Positions 38,927 through 51,217 of a stretch of DNA of 64,000 nucleotides are shown here, in pieces. Positions within the stretch are counted from its first letter, which is position 1. Each line of letters starts with the position of its first letter. The notes under the pieces were generated by a model. The model had not been told where the DNA came from. It worked only from the letters and a program-made list of their open reading frames with translations, and made no database searches. Source of the DNA: an uncultured Parabacteroides sp. Its GTDB lineage: Bacteria > Bacteroidota > Bacteroidia > Bacteroidales > Tannerellaceae. Where the stretch lies: assembly GCA_910577325.1 (NCBI GenBank), contig CAJTMR010000002.1:558-64557 (forward strand). The letters are read 5' to 3'. The position numbers and the translations under genes were made by a program.

Positions 38927-39835
38927 ATGTCAGATTATAAATTAAGTCATTTGCAGGAGCTGGAAGCCGAGTCTATTCATATCATCCGGGAGGTAGCTGC
39001 CGAGTTTGAGAATCCTGTTATGCTTTATTCTATCGGAAAAGACTCTTCTGTCATGGTTCGCTTGGCCGAAAAGGCTTTTTCTCCGGGGAAAGTCCCTTTC
39101 CCTTTGATGCACATCGATTCTAAATGGAAGTTTAAGGAGATGATCCGGTTTCGCGACGATTATGTGAAAAAATTTGGATGGAACTTAATTGTGGAGTCCA
39201 ACATGGACGCTTTTCAGGCTGGTGTAGGTCCTTTTACGCATGGCAGCAAGGTGCATACGGACTTGATGAAGACGCAGGCGTTACTGCACGCACTTGACAA
39301 ATATAAGTTCGATGCCGCTTTTGGTGGTGCACGCCGTGATGAAGAGAAAAGCCGTGCGAAGGAACGTATCTATTCGTTCCGCGATAAGTTCCACCAGTGG
39401 GACCCGAAGAACCAGCGTCCGGAATTGTGGGATATTTACAATGCTCGTGTCCAAAAAGGGGAGAGCATTCGTGTGTTCCCGCTGTCTAATTGGACGGAGT
39501 TGGATATCTGGCAATATATCCGTTTGGAAAATATTCCGATTGTACCGTTGTATTTTGCCAAGGAACGTCCGTGCGTAGAGATCGATGGTAACCTGATCAT
39601 GGCGGATGACGACCGTTTGCCGCAGCAATATCGTGATCAGGTACAGATGCGTATGGTACGTTTCCGTACCTTAGGTTGCTGGCCGTTGACAGGAGCCGTG
39701 GAAAGTGATGCCGACACGATAGAGAAGATCGTCGAAGAGATGATGACGACAACCAAGAGCGAACGTACGACACGCGTGATCGACTTTGACCAGGAGGCCA
39801 GCATGGAACAAAAGAAAAGAGAAGGATATTTTTAA
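38927..39835 (+). CDS. cysD: Sulfate adenylyltransferase subunit 2
   Basis: [37 protein letters not shown]. Confidence 0.97.
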   Translation: MSDYKLSHLQELEAESIHIIREVAAEFENPVMLYSIGKDSSVMVRLAEKAFSPGKVPFPLMHIDSKWKFKEMIRFRDDYVKKFGWNLIVESNMDAFQAGVGPFTHGSKVHTDLMKTQALLHALDKYKFDAAFGGARRDEEKSRAKERIYSFRDKFHQWDPKNQRPELWDIYNARVQKGESIRVFPLSNWTELDIWQYIRLENIPIVPLYFAKERPCVEIDGNLIMADDDRLPQQYRDQVQMRMVRFRTLGCWPLTGAVESDADTIEKIVEEMMTTTKSERTTRVIDFDQEASMEQKKREGYF

Positions 39836-39844
39836 ATTGAAATT

Positions 39845-41308
39845 ATGGCAACATTAAATATAAAAGAATACCTCGACAGAGATGAGCAAAAGGATTTACT
39901 TCGTTTTCTGACCGCAGGTTCGGTAGACGACGGCAAATCGACTTTGATCGGTCGTTTATTGTTTGACAGCAAAAAGTTATATGAAGACCAACTGGATGCC
40001 CTCGAACGTGACAGCAAGCGCATGGGGAATGCCGGTGATCATATCGATTACGCCCTGTTGCTGGACGGCCTGAAAGCCGAACGTGAACAGGGGATCACCA
40101 TTGATGTGGCTTATCGCTATTTCAGTACGAATAACCGTAAGTTTATCATTGCCGATACTCCGGGACATGAACAGTACACCCGTAATATGATCACTGGCGG
40201 TTCTACTGCCAACCTTGCTATCATCTTGGTGGATGCCCGTACGGGCGTGATTACCCAGACACGTCGCCATACATATCTGGTTTCGCTTTTAGGCATCAAG
40301 CATGTTGTATTGGCAGTCAACAAGATGGACTTGATTGATTTTGACAAGAATATTTTCGACAAGATCGTTTCCGATTATAAGGAGTTTGTTGCTTCGTTGA
40401 ATATCCCGGATATCACCTGTATCCCGTTGTCTGCTTTGGATGGCGATAATGTGGTGGAGAAGAGCAACCGTACTCCTTGGTATGGAGGTCAGTCGTTGTT
40501 GGACTTCCTTGAAACGGTTCCTATCGATCAGGATCGTAACTTCGAGGATTTCCGCTATCCGGTGCAATATGTATTGCGTCCGAATCTGGATTTCCGTGGT
40601 TTCTGTGGGAAAGTGTCCAGCGGAATCGTTCGCAAAGGCGATACGGTGATGGCCTTGCCTTCCGGGAAAACATCCAAAGTGAAAAGTATCGTGACATACG
40701 ACGGAGAATTGGATTATGCGTTCTCTCCCCAGTGTATCACCATCACGCTGGAGGACGAGATCGACGTGTCACGTGGTGAAATGCTTGTTCATCCGGATAA
40801 CTTGCCGATAGCGGACCGTAACTTCGAAGCTATGCTGGTGTGGATGGATGAAGAACCGATGGACGTAAGCAAGCAGTTCTATATCAAGCATACAACTAAC
40901 TTGACACGTGCTCGTGTGGACAGTGTCCGTTATAAGGTGAATGTTAATACGATGGAACAGTTGTCGGTCGAAAATGGTAAGCTGACAGCGGAAGATCTGC
41001 CGATGAAGCTAAACGAAATCGCTCGTGTCGTTTTCACGACTGGAAAGGAACTGTTCTTCGACTCGTATCAGAAAAACAGACAGACAGGATCTTTTATTCT
41101 GATCGATCCGATTACGAATAATACGTCGGCTGTCGGCATGATTATCGACCGGGTGGATGTTCGCGACATGGTAACGGAAGATGCCTTGGCTGTGTTGAAC
41201 TTGCCGGAATTGGGCATCGAAGCCGAGCATTTCGAAGCTATCCGTACTATTTGTAAAGAGCTCGAACGGCAAGGTGTTCCCGTAAAGTGTATAACAGAAA
41301 ATAAATAA
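39845..41308 (+). CDS. cysN: Sulfate adenylyltransferase subunit 1
   Basis: [39 protein letters not shown]. Confidence 0.97.
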   Translation: MATLNIKEYLDRDEQKDLLRFLTAGSVDDGKSTLIGRLLFDSKKLYEDQLDALERDSKRMGNAGDHIDYALLLDGLKAEREQGITIDVAYRYFSTNNRKFIIADTPGHEQYTRNMITGGSTANLAIILVDARTGVITQTRRHTYLVSLLGIKHVVLAVNKMDLIDFDKNIFDKIVSDYKEFVASLNIPDITCIPLSALDGDNVVEKSNRTPWYGGQSLLDFLETVPIDQDRNFEDFRYPVQYVLRPNLDFRGFCGKVSSGIVRKGDTVMALPSGKTSKVKSIVTYDGELDYAFSPQCITITLEDEIDVSRGEMLVHPDNLPIADRNFEAMLVWMDEEPMDVSKQFYIKHTTNLTRARVDSVRYKVNVNTMEQLSVENGKLTAEDLPMKLNEIARVVFTTGKELFFDSYQKNRQTGSFILIDPITNNTSAVGMIIDRVDVRDMVTEDALAVLNLPELGIEAEHFEAIRTICKELERQGVPVKCITENK

Positions 41309-41311
41309 GGT

Positions 41312-42415
41312 ATGGGATTACTGGAATTTGACAAACTACCGATCAATACTTTAGTGGGTGCTGACTGGAAAACGTTCAAGGCTGTGACAGCCAATAAAAC
41401 GATCGACAAAGGATTTCGTAATAAATATTTTCTGACTAAATCTGTTTGCCGCCTGCTCAGCCTGTTGCAACCGTTCGAAGATGCGCGTTACCGTAAGATT
41501 GCGGACAAGCCGTTGGAGATGGACCCGGTATTCATTCTCGGACATTGGCGTAGTGGAACGACTTTTATGCACAATGTTTTCTCATGCGACAAGCATTTCG
41601 GCTACAACACGACCTATCAGACCGTATTCCCGAACCTGATGCTTTGGGGACAGCCTTTCTTCAAGAAGAACATGGCGTTCTTGATGCCTGACAAGCGTCC
41701 GACCGATAATATGGAGTTGAAGGTGGATCTTCCCCAGGAAGAGGAATTTGCCTTGGCAAATATGATGCCTTACACGTATTATAATTTCTGGTTCTTCCCG
41801 AAGCATATGCTCGAATATTGCGACCGTTATCTGCTTTTCGACAATATCAGCGAACACGAGCGGGAAGTGTTTAAGGAAACGTTCCTCAAACTGATCAAGA
41901 TTTCCCTCTGGAATACGAAAGGAACTCAGTTTCTGAGCAAGAACCCGCCTCATACGGGACGCGTGAAGACATTGGTTGAAATGTTTCCGAATGCTAAATT
42001 TATCTATCTGAAACGGAATCCCTACACGGTGTTCGAGAGCACGCGTAGTTTCTTTACCAATACGATCCAGCCACTACGCTTACAGAATATCTCCACCGAG
42101 CAGATCGAAAGTAATTTTATCGAAGTATATCGCCGTTTGTTCTATAAATATGAAGAACAAAAGCATCTGATACCCGAAGGAAACCTGGTAGAGGTGAAGT
42201 TTGAGGATTTCGAACAGGATGCTTTCGCCATGACAGAGGATATATACAAGAAATTAAACCTCCCCGGCTTTGAAGAGTCTAAAGATGAAATCGAGAAATA
42301 TCTCGGGAAAAAGAAGGGCTATAAGAAGAACCGGTACAAGTATGACGACCGCACGGTACGGCTTGTTGAGGAAAATTGGGGAATGGCTCTCAAAGAGTGG
42401 GGATATTCTTTATAA
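41312..42415 (+). CDS. PAPS-dependent sulfotransferase (BT_0416-like steroid sulfotransferase)
   Basis: 5'-PSB loop FILGHWRSGTT, KNPPHT, 3'-PB FIYLKRNPY..S; last gene of the cysQ-SLC13-cysCDN cluster. Confidence 0.88.
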   Translation: MGLLEFDKLPINTLVGADWKTFKAVTANKTIDKGFRNKYFLTKSVCRLLSLLQPFEDARYRKIADKPLEMDPVFILGHWRSGTTFMHNVFSCDKHFGYNTTYQTVFPNLMLWGQPFFKKNMAFLMPDKRPTDNMELKVDLPQEEEFALANMMPYTYYNFWFFPKHMLEYCDRYLLFDNISEHEREVFKETFLKLIKISLWNTKGTQFLSKNPPHTGRVKTLVEMFPNAKFIYLKRNPYTVFESTRSFFTNTIQPLRLQNISTEQIESNFIEVYRRLFYKYEEQKHLIPEGNLVEVKFEDFEQDAFAMTEDIYKKLNLPGFEESKDEIEKYLGKKKGYKKNRYKYDDRTVRLVEENWGMALKEWGYSL

Positions 42416-42507
42416 TGGACAATTGGGGAGGACGGAAAAATCTTCGTTGTCAATTAACAATAGTCTGTTGTTGACTATTGTCGAATTTAAAAAAAATAGA
42501 ATTTGAA

Positions 42508-43470
42508 ATGAAACATAAAGCAAAACTCCTCTTTCTCTTGTCAATTGTCTCTTGTCAATTGTCTCTTGTCAATTGTCAAGAGCATGTGATGCCGCTCGGT
42601 TTTGGGGATATGGACCATTGGGTCGTTCGTGAGATACATGAATCCGGTATTATCGGAGGAAATACGAAGTATCTTTATGAACTCGGGCCGACAGATACGA
42701 TCATCGGTAACATAGCCTATACGAACAGAGGTGGTTCGCCGTGGGCGAATTCCAATGTGATGGCAAAGGTGGCAGGCGTGGTGAAGACGAATACATCTGT
42801 CTTTCCTGAAAGGCGGGACGGCGGTTGGTGTGCACGCTTGGAGACACGCATGGAAAGTGTAAAGGTTTTGGGTATAGTCGATATCGAAGTGGTGGCTGCC
42901 GGTTCCGTTTTTTTGGGAACGGTGCACGAACCGATAAAAGGAACCAAGAATCCGCAAGCCATGTTGAACAGCGGAGTGGCGTTTACCAAGAAGCCGAAGG
43001 CGTTGCGTTTTGACTATAAGGTGAAACTGGCTCCGGAAAAGAACCGTATTCGTAGTACCGGCTTTAGTCGTAAGTCGATGGTCGCCGGACAGGATTCGAT
43101 CGCAGCTATTCTTTTGCTTCAGAAACGTTGGGAAGATAAAGATGGAAACATTTATGCCAAACGTGTCGGGACGATAGTGCAGCGCTATACGGAATCCAGC
43201 AACAGTTGGATAAATGATGCGACCTATCCGATCCTGTATGGCGATATTACGAAGCATCCGGAATATAAATCCTATATGCGGATTCAGGTGGAAGAACGTT
43301 ATGCCTTGAATAGTCGGGGGGAGAGTGTCCCTATTCAGGAAGTAGGTTGGGCGGCGGAAGGCGAATTGCCGACTCATCTCATCTTACAGTTTACTTCCAG
43401 TCACGGCGGGGCCTACATCGGTTCGCCGGGCAATACGATGTGGATTGATAATGTAGAACTAATATATTAG
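42508..43470 (+). CDS. PCMD (putative carbohydrate metabolism domain)-like exported protein
   Basis: Signal peptide, PWANSN, AAGSVFLG, PTHLILQFTSS..GNTMWIDNVELIY. Confidence 0.75.
   Translation: MKHKAKLLFLLSIVSCQLSLVNCQEHVMPLGFGDMDHWVVREIHESGIIGGNTKYLYELGPTDTIIGNIAYTNRGGSPWANSNVMAKVAGVVKTNTSVFPERRDGGWCARLETRMESVKVLGIVDIEVVAAGSVFLGTVHEPIKGTKNPQAMLNSGVAFTKKPKALRFDYKVKLAPEKNRIRSTGFSRKSMVAGQDSIAAILLLQKRWEDKDGNIYAKRVGTIVQRYTESSNSWINDATYPILYGDITKHPEYKSYMRIQVEERYALNSRGESVPIQEVGWAAEGELPTHLILQFTSSHGGAYIGSPGNTMWIDNVELIY
42535..42576 (+). repeat. 3 x 14-bp tandem repeat in a signal-peptide coding region
   Basis: CTCTTGTCAATTGT x3. Confidence 0.85.
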
Positions 43471-43511
43471 TTGAAAGGCGAGATTCATATATCTTTCTTT
43501 TTAACTTTTAA

Positions 43512-46042
<2,531 letters not shown>

Positions 46043-46069
46043 TATAAATTCCTTATTTTTGCAGTGCCG

Positions 46070-46153
46070 ATTGATAATTGATAATGGACAATGGACAATT
46101 GATAATTAATGTTCCATCATCTTTTTTCAATTATCAATTGTCAATTATCAATT
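46070..46153. repeat. Heptamer repeat hairpin in the dapA 5' region
   Basis: ATTGATAATTGATAATGGACAATGGACAATTGATAATT..AATTATCAATTGTCAATTATCAATT. Confidence 0.75.
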
Positions 46154-46160
46154 AATAATC

Positions 46161-47054
46161 ATGGCAGACATAAATTTAAAAGGAATGGGTGTGGCATTAA
46201 TCACTCCCTTTAAAGAAGATGAAAGTGTAGATTATGAGGCGTTGGCTCAGCTTGTAGACTATCAGTTACAGAATGGGACTGACTATCTGGTTGTGTTAGG
46301 TACCACGGCAGAAACTCCTACGCTTACAGAAGAAGAAAAGAAGAATATAATCAATTTGGTCGTAACAAAAGTAAATGGACGTATTCCTATCGTGTTGGGT
46401 GTTGGTGGAAACTGTACGCGTTCAGTTGTCGAAAAGTTGAAAAACGATAATTTTGATGGTATAGATGCGATCCTGTCAGTCGTACCTTACTATAATAAAC
46501 CGTCTCAGGAAGGAATCTATCAGCATTATAAAGCTATTTCGGAGGCGACAGCGTTGCCCATTGTCTTGTATAACGTTCCGGGACGTACTGGCGTGAACAT
46601 GACGGCTGAGACAACGTTGCGTATTGCTCGTGAGTTTAAGAACGTGATTGCAGTCAAGGAGGCTTCCGGCAATATTACTCAGATGGACGATATCATCAAG
46701 AACAAACCGGCGAACTTTAATGTGATTTCAGGAGATGACGGTATCACGTTCCCGCTGATTACGTTGGGGGCTGTTGGGGTGATATCCGTAATCGGTAATG
46801 CTTTCCCACGTGAGTTCAGCCGTATGGTGCGGTTGGCATTGGCAGGCGATTACAATAGTGCCCGGACGATCCATCATAGTTTTACGGAATTGTTTAGTTT
46901 GCTGTTTGTCGATGGTAATCCGGCTGGAGCGAAGAGTATACTGAATGCAATGGGCTTTATTGAAAATAAATTACGCTTGCCTCTGGTTCCGACCCGTATC
47001 ACCACATTCGAAAAGATTCGTGACGTACTACGTCAGTTAAGCATTAAGTGCTAA
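46161..47054 (+). CDS. dapA: 4-hydroxy-tetrahydrodipicolinate synthase
   Basis: ALITPF, GTTAE, VVPYYNKP, LYNVPGRTG, AVKEASG. Confidence 0.96.
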   Translation: MADINLKGMGVALITPFKEDESVDYEALAQLVDYQLQNGTDYLVVLGTTAETPTLTEEEKKNIINLVVTKVNGRIPIVLGVGGNCTRSVVEKLKNDNFDGIDAILSVVPYYNKPSQEGIYQHYKAISEATALPIVLYNVPGRTGVNMTAETTLRIAREFKNVIAVKEASGNITQMDDIIKNKPANFNVISGDDGITFPLITLGAVGVISVIGNAFPREFSRMVRLALAGDYNSARTIHHSFTELFSLLFVDGNPAGAKSILNAMGFIENKLRLPLVPTRITTFEKIRDVLRQLSIKC

Positions 47055-47110
47055 AATGGAATTATAACGGAGACGTGCTCTCGTGCGTTTCCGTTACAAT
47101 TCCATTTTTT
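47053..47110 (+). terminator. Rho-independent terminator after dapA
   Basis: AAAATGGAATT.TAACGGA..TCCGTTA.AATTCCATTTTTT. Confidence 0.65.
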
Positions 47111-47219
47111 GATTTACGCTCTGTACATGTTAGATGTATATCTGCGTTTTTTTAATATGCCCGTTTTCTCTATCCTTTTGAAGACAAAAGCATGTAATAT
47201 ATGATTAAATGATGAATTT

Positions 47220-47396
47220 ATGACACTGCCGGAAGATCCGATGATGCTTTTTAGCATTATCAATATGAAATTACGTGATAATTATTCTTCTCTTGATGAA
47301 CTGTGCGACGATATGCATATTAAGAAAGAGACGCTTATTCAGAAACTGAGGAGCGTAGGGTTTGAATATAGCCAGGAGAATAACAGGTTCTGGTAA
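47220..47396 (+). CDS. DUF4250-like small protein (58 aa)
   Basis: Manual translation MTLPEDPMMLFSIINMKLRDNYSSLDELCDDM..GFEYSQENNRFW; below the ORF-track cutoff. Confidence 0.85.
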   Translation: MTLPEDPMMLFSIINMKLRDNYSSLDELCDDMHIKKETLIQKLRSVGFEYSQENNRFW

Positions 47397-47649
47397 TCAA
47401 TGGATTCAATATGTGTCCTGTAAATTCGATTCTATGGGTATGGGTTTTGATTTAGGTTATCGGGTATTTTGAAAAAAGAGACAATAGCTTTTACTTTATC
47501 AACATGATAGACGACTATATGTAAAATAAGATTAATAGAGTGTTGCAAAACATGCTATTTTCGTTCTATTGATGCAATAAAACATATAAAAAATCTTGCT
47601 TTTCGATTGAAAAGTGTTATATCGTTTGGTGGGATAGGTTTTTTGCCTG

Positions 47650-47760
47650 TATATTTGCAATCGTTAAAAACAAGGAAACGATTCCTTAGCGAAGGAAAAT
47701 CCCTTGTTTACTTCCTGAAAATCAGGAGTCGGAGTAGAAGATTTTAGATGATACTCCGAT
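47650..47760 (+). promoter_or_regulatory. Promoter and structured 5' leader of the thioredoxin-fold gene
   Basis: TATATTTG at 47650-47657, then three consecutive stem-loops (47668-47709, 47713-47727, 47729-47759). Confidence 0.5.
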
Positions 47761-47784
47761 TAAGTTTAACATAAAAATGATGAT

Positions 47785-48285
47785 ATGAAGGTAAGAGCTT
47801 ATGTTCTCTTTGTTGCGGTTGCGCTATTTGCAGTGTCTGCCGGAACTAAAAACGCAAAGCCGACAGTCGGTATTAACCCTGGCGACCTTGCCCCGAGAAT
47901 AGAGTCTTTGGGAAACGAAAGGAATTTTAGTTTCCAAAATCATTCAGGACGTTACACTTTGTTGAATTTCTGGGCAGTTTACGATGCTGAATCGCGAGCC
48001 CGTAACGTTCAATTATGGAATGAAGTCAACAAGTTGAATTCAGACAAGATTGCGATGTATTCGATTTCTTTGGACGAGAAGGAATCTATTTTTACCGAAA
48101 CAGTAAAAGCTGATAAACTGGAAGGTACAAAGCAATTTCATGAAGAACTTGGTAAGAAGTCAGAATTGTTTGGGAAGTATAACCTGCAAAAGGGATTCCG
48201 CAACTTCTTGATCAACGACGAAGGGATTATTATCGCCTCCAATATAACCCCGGAAGATCTGACGAAGGTATTGAAAAAGAGTTAA
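47785..48285 (+). CDS. Exported TlpA/AhpC-like thioredoxin-fold protein lacking CxxC
   Basis: Signal peptide, GDLAP, YTLLNFWAVYDAESR, SISLDE, NFLINDEGII. Confidence 0.8.
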   Translation: MKVRAYVLFVAVALFAVSAGTKNAKPTVGINPGDLAPRIESLGNERNFSFQNHSGRYTLLNFWAVYDAESRARNVQLWNEVNKLNSDKIAMYSISLDEKESIFTETVKADKLEGTKQFHEELGKKSELFGKYNLQKGFRNFLINDEGIIIASNITPEDLTKVLKKS

Positions 48286-48299
48286 TCAGTAGATTATTT

Positions 48300-48339
48300 A
48301 AAAAAAGAGCTGCTTCTGTCAAGGGAGCAGCTCTTTTTT
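48300..48339. terminator. Bidirectional terminator
   Basis: AAAAAAGAGCTGCTTC..GGAGCAGCTCTTTTTT between convergent genes. Confidence 0.8.
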
Positions 48340-48465
48340 GTATTCTTTTTTCATCGTTTGTTTTTTACATGCTTTGCAACATTATGGTTAGGAAATTACG
48401 ACAGTTTCACCTAATGGTTGCAACTTATGCGAATTATGGATTGATGTAATAATATCGCGATTTTG

Positions 48466-49326
48466 TCAACTTCTGCAAAAAACTTGGCTGACAAATTTCA
48501 GCACTTCAGGTAAAGCTGTCCGCCAATAGGTCCAGTTGTGACCTCCGTCTCGTACCCGGAATTCGTGTCGGATTCCTTTTTGCTTCATGATCCGGTGTGC
48601 CTGCATGTTTCCTTCGAGCAGATTGTCATCATCACCGCAATCGATGTAATAGTGGGTTTGAGGTAGATTGTTTGGGGCCCAGTCGGACAGGAGTCTCAGG
48701 ACATTGTTTTGTTGCCAATGTTCATCCTTCGGTCCGAACAGACGGTTGAACAGATCCTTGTGCGATTTGTTTTTTCTTGCCTCCATGACCGTGTCGTCGA
48801 ATACGGCGGCACTCAACGGGGCACAGGCACAGAACATATCCGGATGATGCAAGCTGTATAGGAATGAACCGTACCCGCCCATCGACAACCCGGCTATTGC
48901 TCGGCTTTCTTTATTACTGCGAATCCGGTATGTTTTTTCTATATAGGGGACGAGTTCCTCGAAAAACATGTCTTCATAAGGCACTTTTCCGTCGTATTGG
49001 TTGATATACCAAGTGTCCCATGCGTCAGGCATGACAATGATCATTGGTACGGCTTCCTCATTTGCGATGGCACGGTCGGTAATCGTTTTCATTTGCCCCA
49101 TCTGTATCCAATTAGTCTCATTGTCTGTATAACCGTGCAAGAGGTATAGGACAGGATAGTTTCTTTTCGAAATGTTGTAGTCGGAGGGCAGGTAGATGGA
49201 ATAAGAAACTTTTCTGCCTAATTTGTTACTTTCAAAAGAGATCGATTCAAAAACCATGCTTTGAGAATATCCTGCCATATTGAATAGAAAACACAGGATA
49301 AGATAGAGATAAAATTTGTTTTTCAT
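48466..49326 (-). CDS. Alpha/beta-hydrolase esterase (CE1-like)
   Basis: Signal peptide, YPVLYLLHG, GLSMGG, CGDDD, GGHNWTYW. Confidence 0.9.
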   Translation of the reverse strand: MKNKFYLYLILCFLFNMAGYSQSMVFESISFESNKLGRKVSYSIYLPSDYNISKRNYPVLYLLHGYTDNETNWIQMGQMKTITDRAIANEEAVPMIIVMPDAWDTWYINQYDGKVPYEDMFFEELVPYIEKTYRIRSNKESRAIAGLSMGGYGSFLYSLHHPDMFCACAPLSAAVFDDTVMEARKNKSHKDLFNRLFGPKDEHWQQNNVLRLLSDWAPNNLPQTHYYIDCGDDDNLLEGNMQAHRIMKQKGIRHEFRVRDGGHNWTYWRTALPEVLKFVSQVFCRS

Positions 49327-49416
49327 ATATTTAAATTATTAGAAGATAGAATTATCTGTATGTAAAAGTCACATGCTTAGTATGGGGATAAAAATCACTT
49401 CCCCTTAATCAGGAGG

Positions 49417-50358
49417 TTAATTTGAATCCGGATAGGGAAATTCGGTTAATCCTTTATACATGAACTGATAGGTCGGAACTTCGATATCTAATTCTTGAGC
49501 GGCTCGTACTACATAGCCTGTCAATGTTTCTACCTCGGTGCGATTGCCTTTTTGGAAATCACTGTGCATGGAGGTGGTGGAATTGTTTGGCATGATTTTT
49601 TGTGCATCTATGGCGGAGAAAACTTGGTTGTCTGGCAGAGAAATGCCTTTGGCTACAGCTACGCTTTTGAGTTCATAACCTAACGTAATGAATAGGTTGA
49701 TATGTTTGTTAATCACTTCGCCAATCGTCTCATTGAAATAGGAGGTGATGGTGGCGGCAGTTGAGATCATGAAGAACTTTTTCCAAATCTCCAAGTCGAT
49801 ATCATCCGGTATTGTGGTAAGGATACGGGCATTTGCCAATATCTCCTGCAATTCTTTCTGTCGTATCTTATTCCCCTGTTTACTACCGAAAAACATCCGG
49901 TCCTTTATCGTGAACTTTTCCACCCTTCCCGGTCTGACTAAGCGGGAATTGATGTAGACACATCCTTTCCAAATTTCGTTGTTTGGTAATAGCGGTTGTA
50001 TGCGTTCCGCTATGTCTACTCCGTTCTGTAGGGGAATGATGACTGTTTTCGAACCGATCACCGGAGCTAATTGAGCTATATTCTTCTCCAAATCATAGCT
50101 TTTGGTGCAACAGAACAGGTAATCCACCGGCCCTATTTCGGCTGGGTTGTCGGTTGCGAGGGTTGGTTTTGCTTTGATCGTCAGGAATGAATTTTTGACT
50201 TCGATGCCGTCGTTCTCACGGATCTTTTTTAGGTTTTCGCCACGGGAGATGAAATAGATGTCAATCTCTTCGGAGTCTTTGTAACGAGCAGCTAATAATC
50301 CTCCATAGTAACCGCCTACGGCTCCTATACCGGAAATTGCTATTTTAATTTTGTTCAT
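49417..50358 (-). CDS. panE: 2-dehydropantoate 2-reductase family
   Basis: GIGAVGGYYG, TKSYD, PLQNG, WKKF, TSMHSD..TEVE. Confidence 0.88.
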   Translation of the reverse strand: MNKIKIAISGIGAVGGYYGGLLAARYKDSEEIDIYFISRGENLKKIRENDGIEVKNSFLTIKAKPTLATDNPAEIGPVDYLFCCTKSYDLEKNIAQLAPVIGSKTVIIPLQNGVDIAERIQPLLPNNEIWKGCVYINSRLVRPGRVEKFTIKDRMFFGSKQGNKIRQKELQEILANARILTTIPDDIDLEIWKKFFMISTAATITSYFNETIGEVINKHINLFITLGYELKSVAVAKGISLPDNQVFSAIDAQKIMPNNSTTSMHSDFQKGNRTEVETLTGYVVRAAQELDIEVPTYQFMYKGLTEFPYPDSN

Positions 50359-50628
50359 ATTCTTGTCTTGTTATTTTTACAAAGATGAAAAATAAAATTG
50401 AAATAACTATATCAGTTTGAGTTCTTTTAGGAAATCAGGGATGTATTGTTCAAAATTAACGCCAAAGCGGTAGTATCTGTTATGGATTTTATTACTATTG
50501 ACGCCAAAAATATTTTCGATTTGTTATTTGAGAAATGAAAAGGCTATGAAAAATATTACTATTATTGCATAGTCATTGCCATCGGTTTAGGCCGGTGATA
50601 AGGGTTTGGCTTAATTAAACAAGAAAAT

Positions 50629-51156
50629 ATGAATATGAAAGACAAGGCTGAAATATATTTGGCAGGCGGTTGTTTCTGGGGTACTGAACATTTTTTGAAA
50701 CAGATCAGAGGTGTGGAAACAACAGAAGTAGGCTATGCAAACAGTCAGGTTCCCAATCCTACATACAAAGATGTATGTACCGGGAATACCGGAGCTGTAG
50801 AAACGGTGAAGGTCGTTTATGACCCGCAAACGGTTGATCTGGATCTATTGTTGAATCTGTATTTTCAGACGATAGATCCGACAAGTGTCAATCGTCAGGG
50901 CGGAGATAATGGTTTACAGTATCGTACGGGTATTTATTATACTGATAAAAAAGATGTACCGGTGATCGAAGACGCTATTAAAGGATTGGCAAAAGAATAT
51001 ACGAAGCCGATTGCTATCGAGGTGATACCGCTCGCTAATTTTTATATAGCTGAAGAATATCATCAGGATTACTTGAATAAAAATGTGGGTGGTTATTGCC
51101 ACATTAACCCGGAATTGTTTGAATTGGCACGGAAAACAAACGAAGAAAGAAAGTAG
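50629..51156 (+). CDS. msrA: Peptide methionine sulfoxide reductase A
   Basis: LAGGCFWG, QYRTGIY, AEEYHQDYL..GYCH. Confidence 0.95.
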   Translation: MNMKDKAEIYLAGGCFWGTEHFLKQIRGVETTEVGYANSQVPNPTYKDVCTGNTGAVETVKVVYDPQTVDLDLLLNLYFQTIDPTSVNRQGGDNGLQYRTGIYYTDKKDVPVIEDAIKGLAKEYTKPIAIEVIPLANFYIAEEYHQDYLNKNVGGYCHINPELFELARKTNEERK

Positions 51157-51217
51157 GGTTTCAGTGCTACGGTGAGGTAGTGTCGGGATGTTTTTCCTTT
51201 GACACTACCTCGGTACT

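Noticed and set aside
50534..50620. Remnant signal-peptide ORF upstream of msrA
   Set aside because: Too short and degenerate to support.
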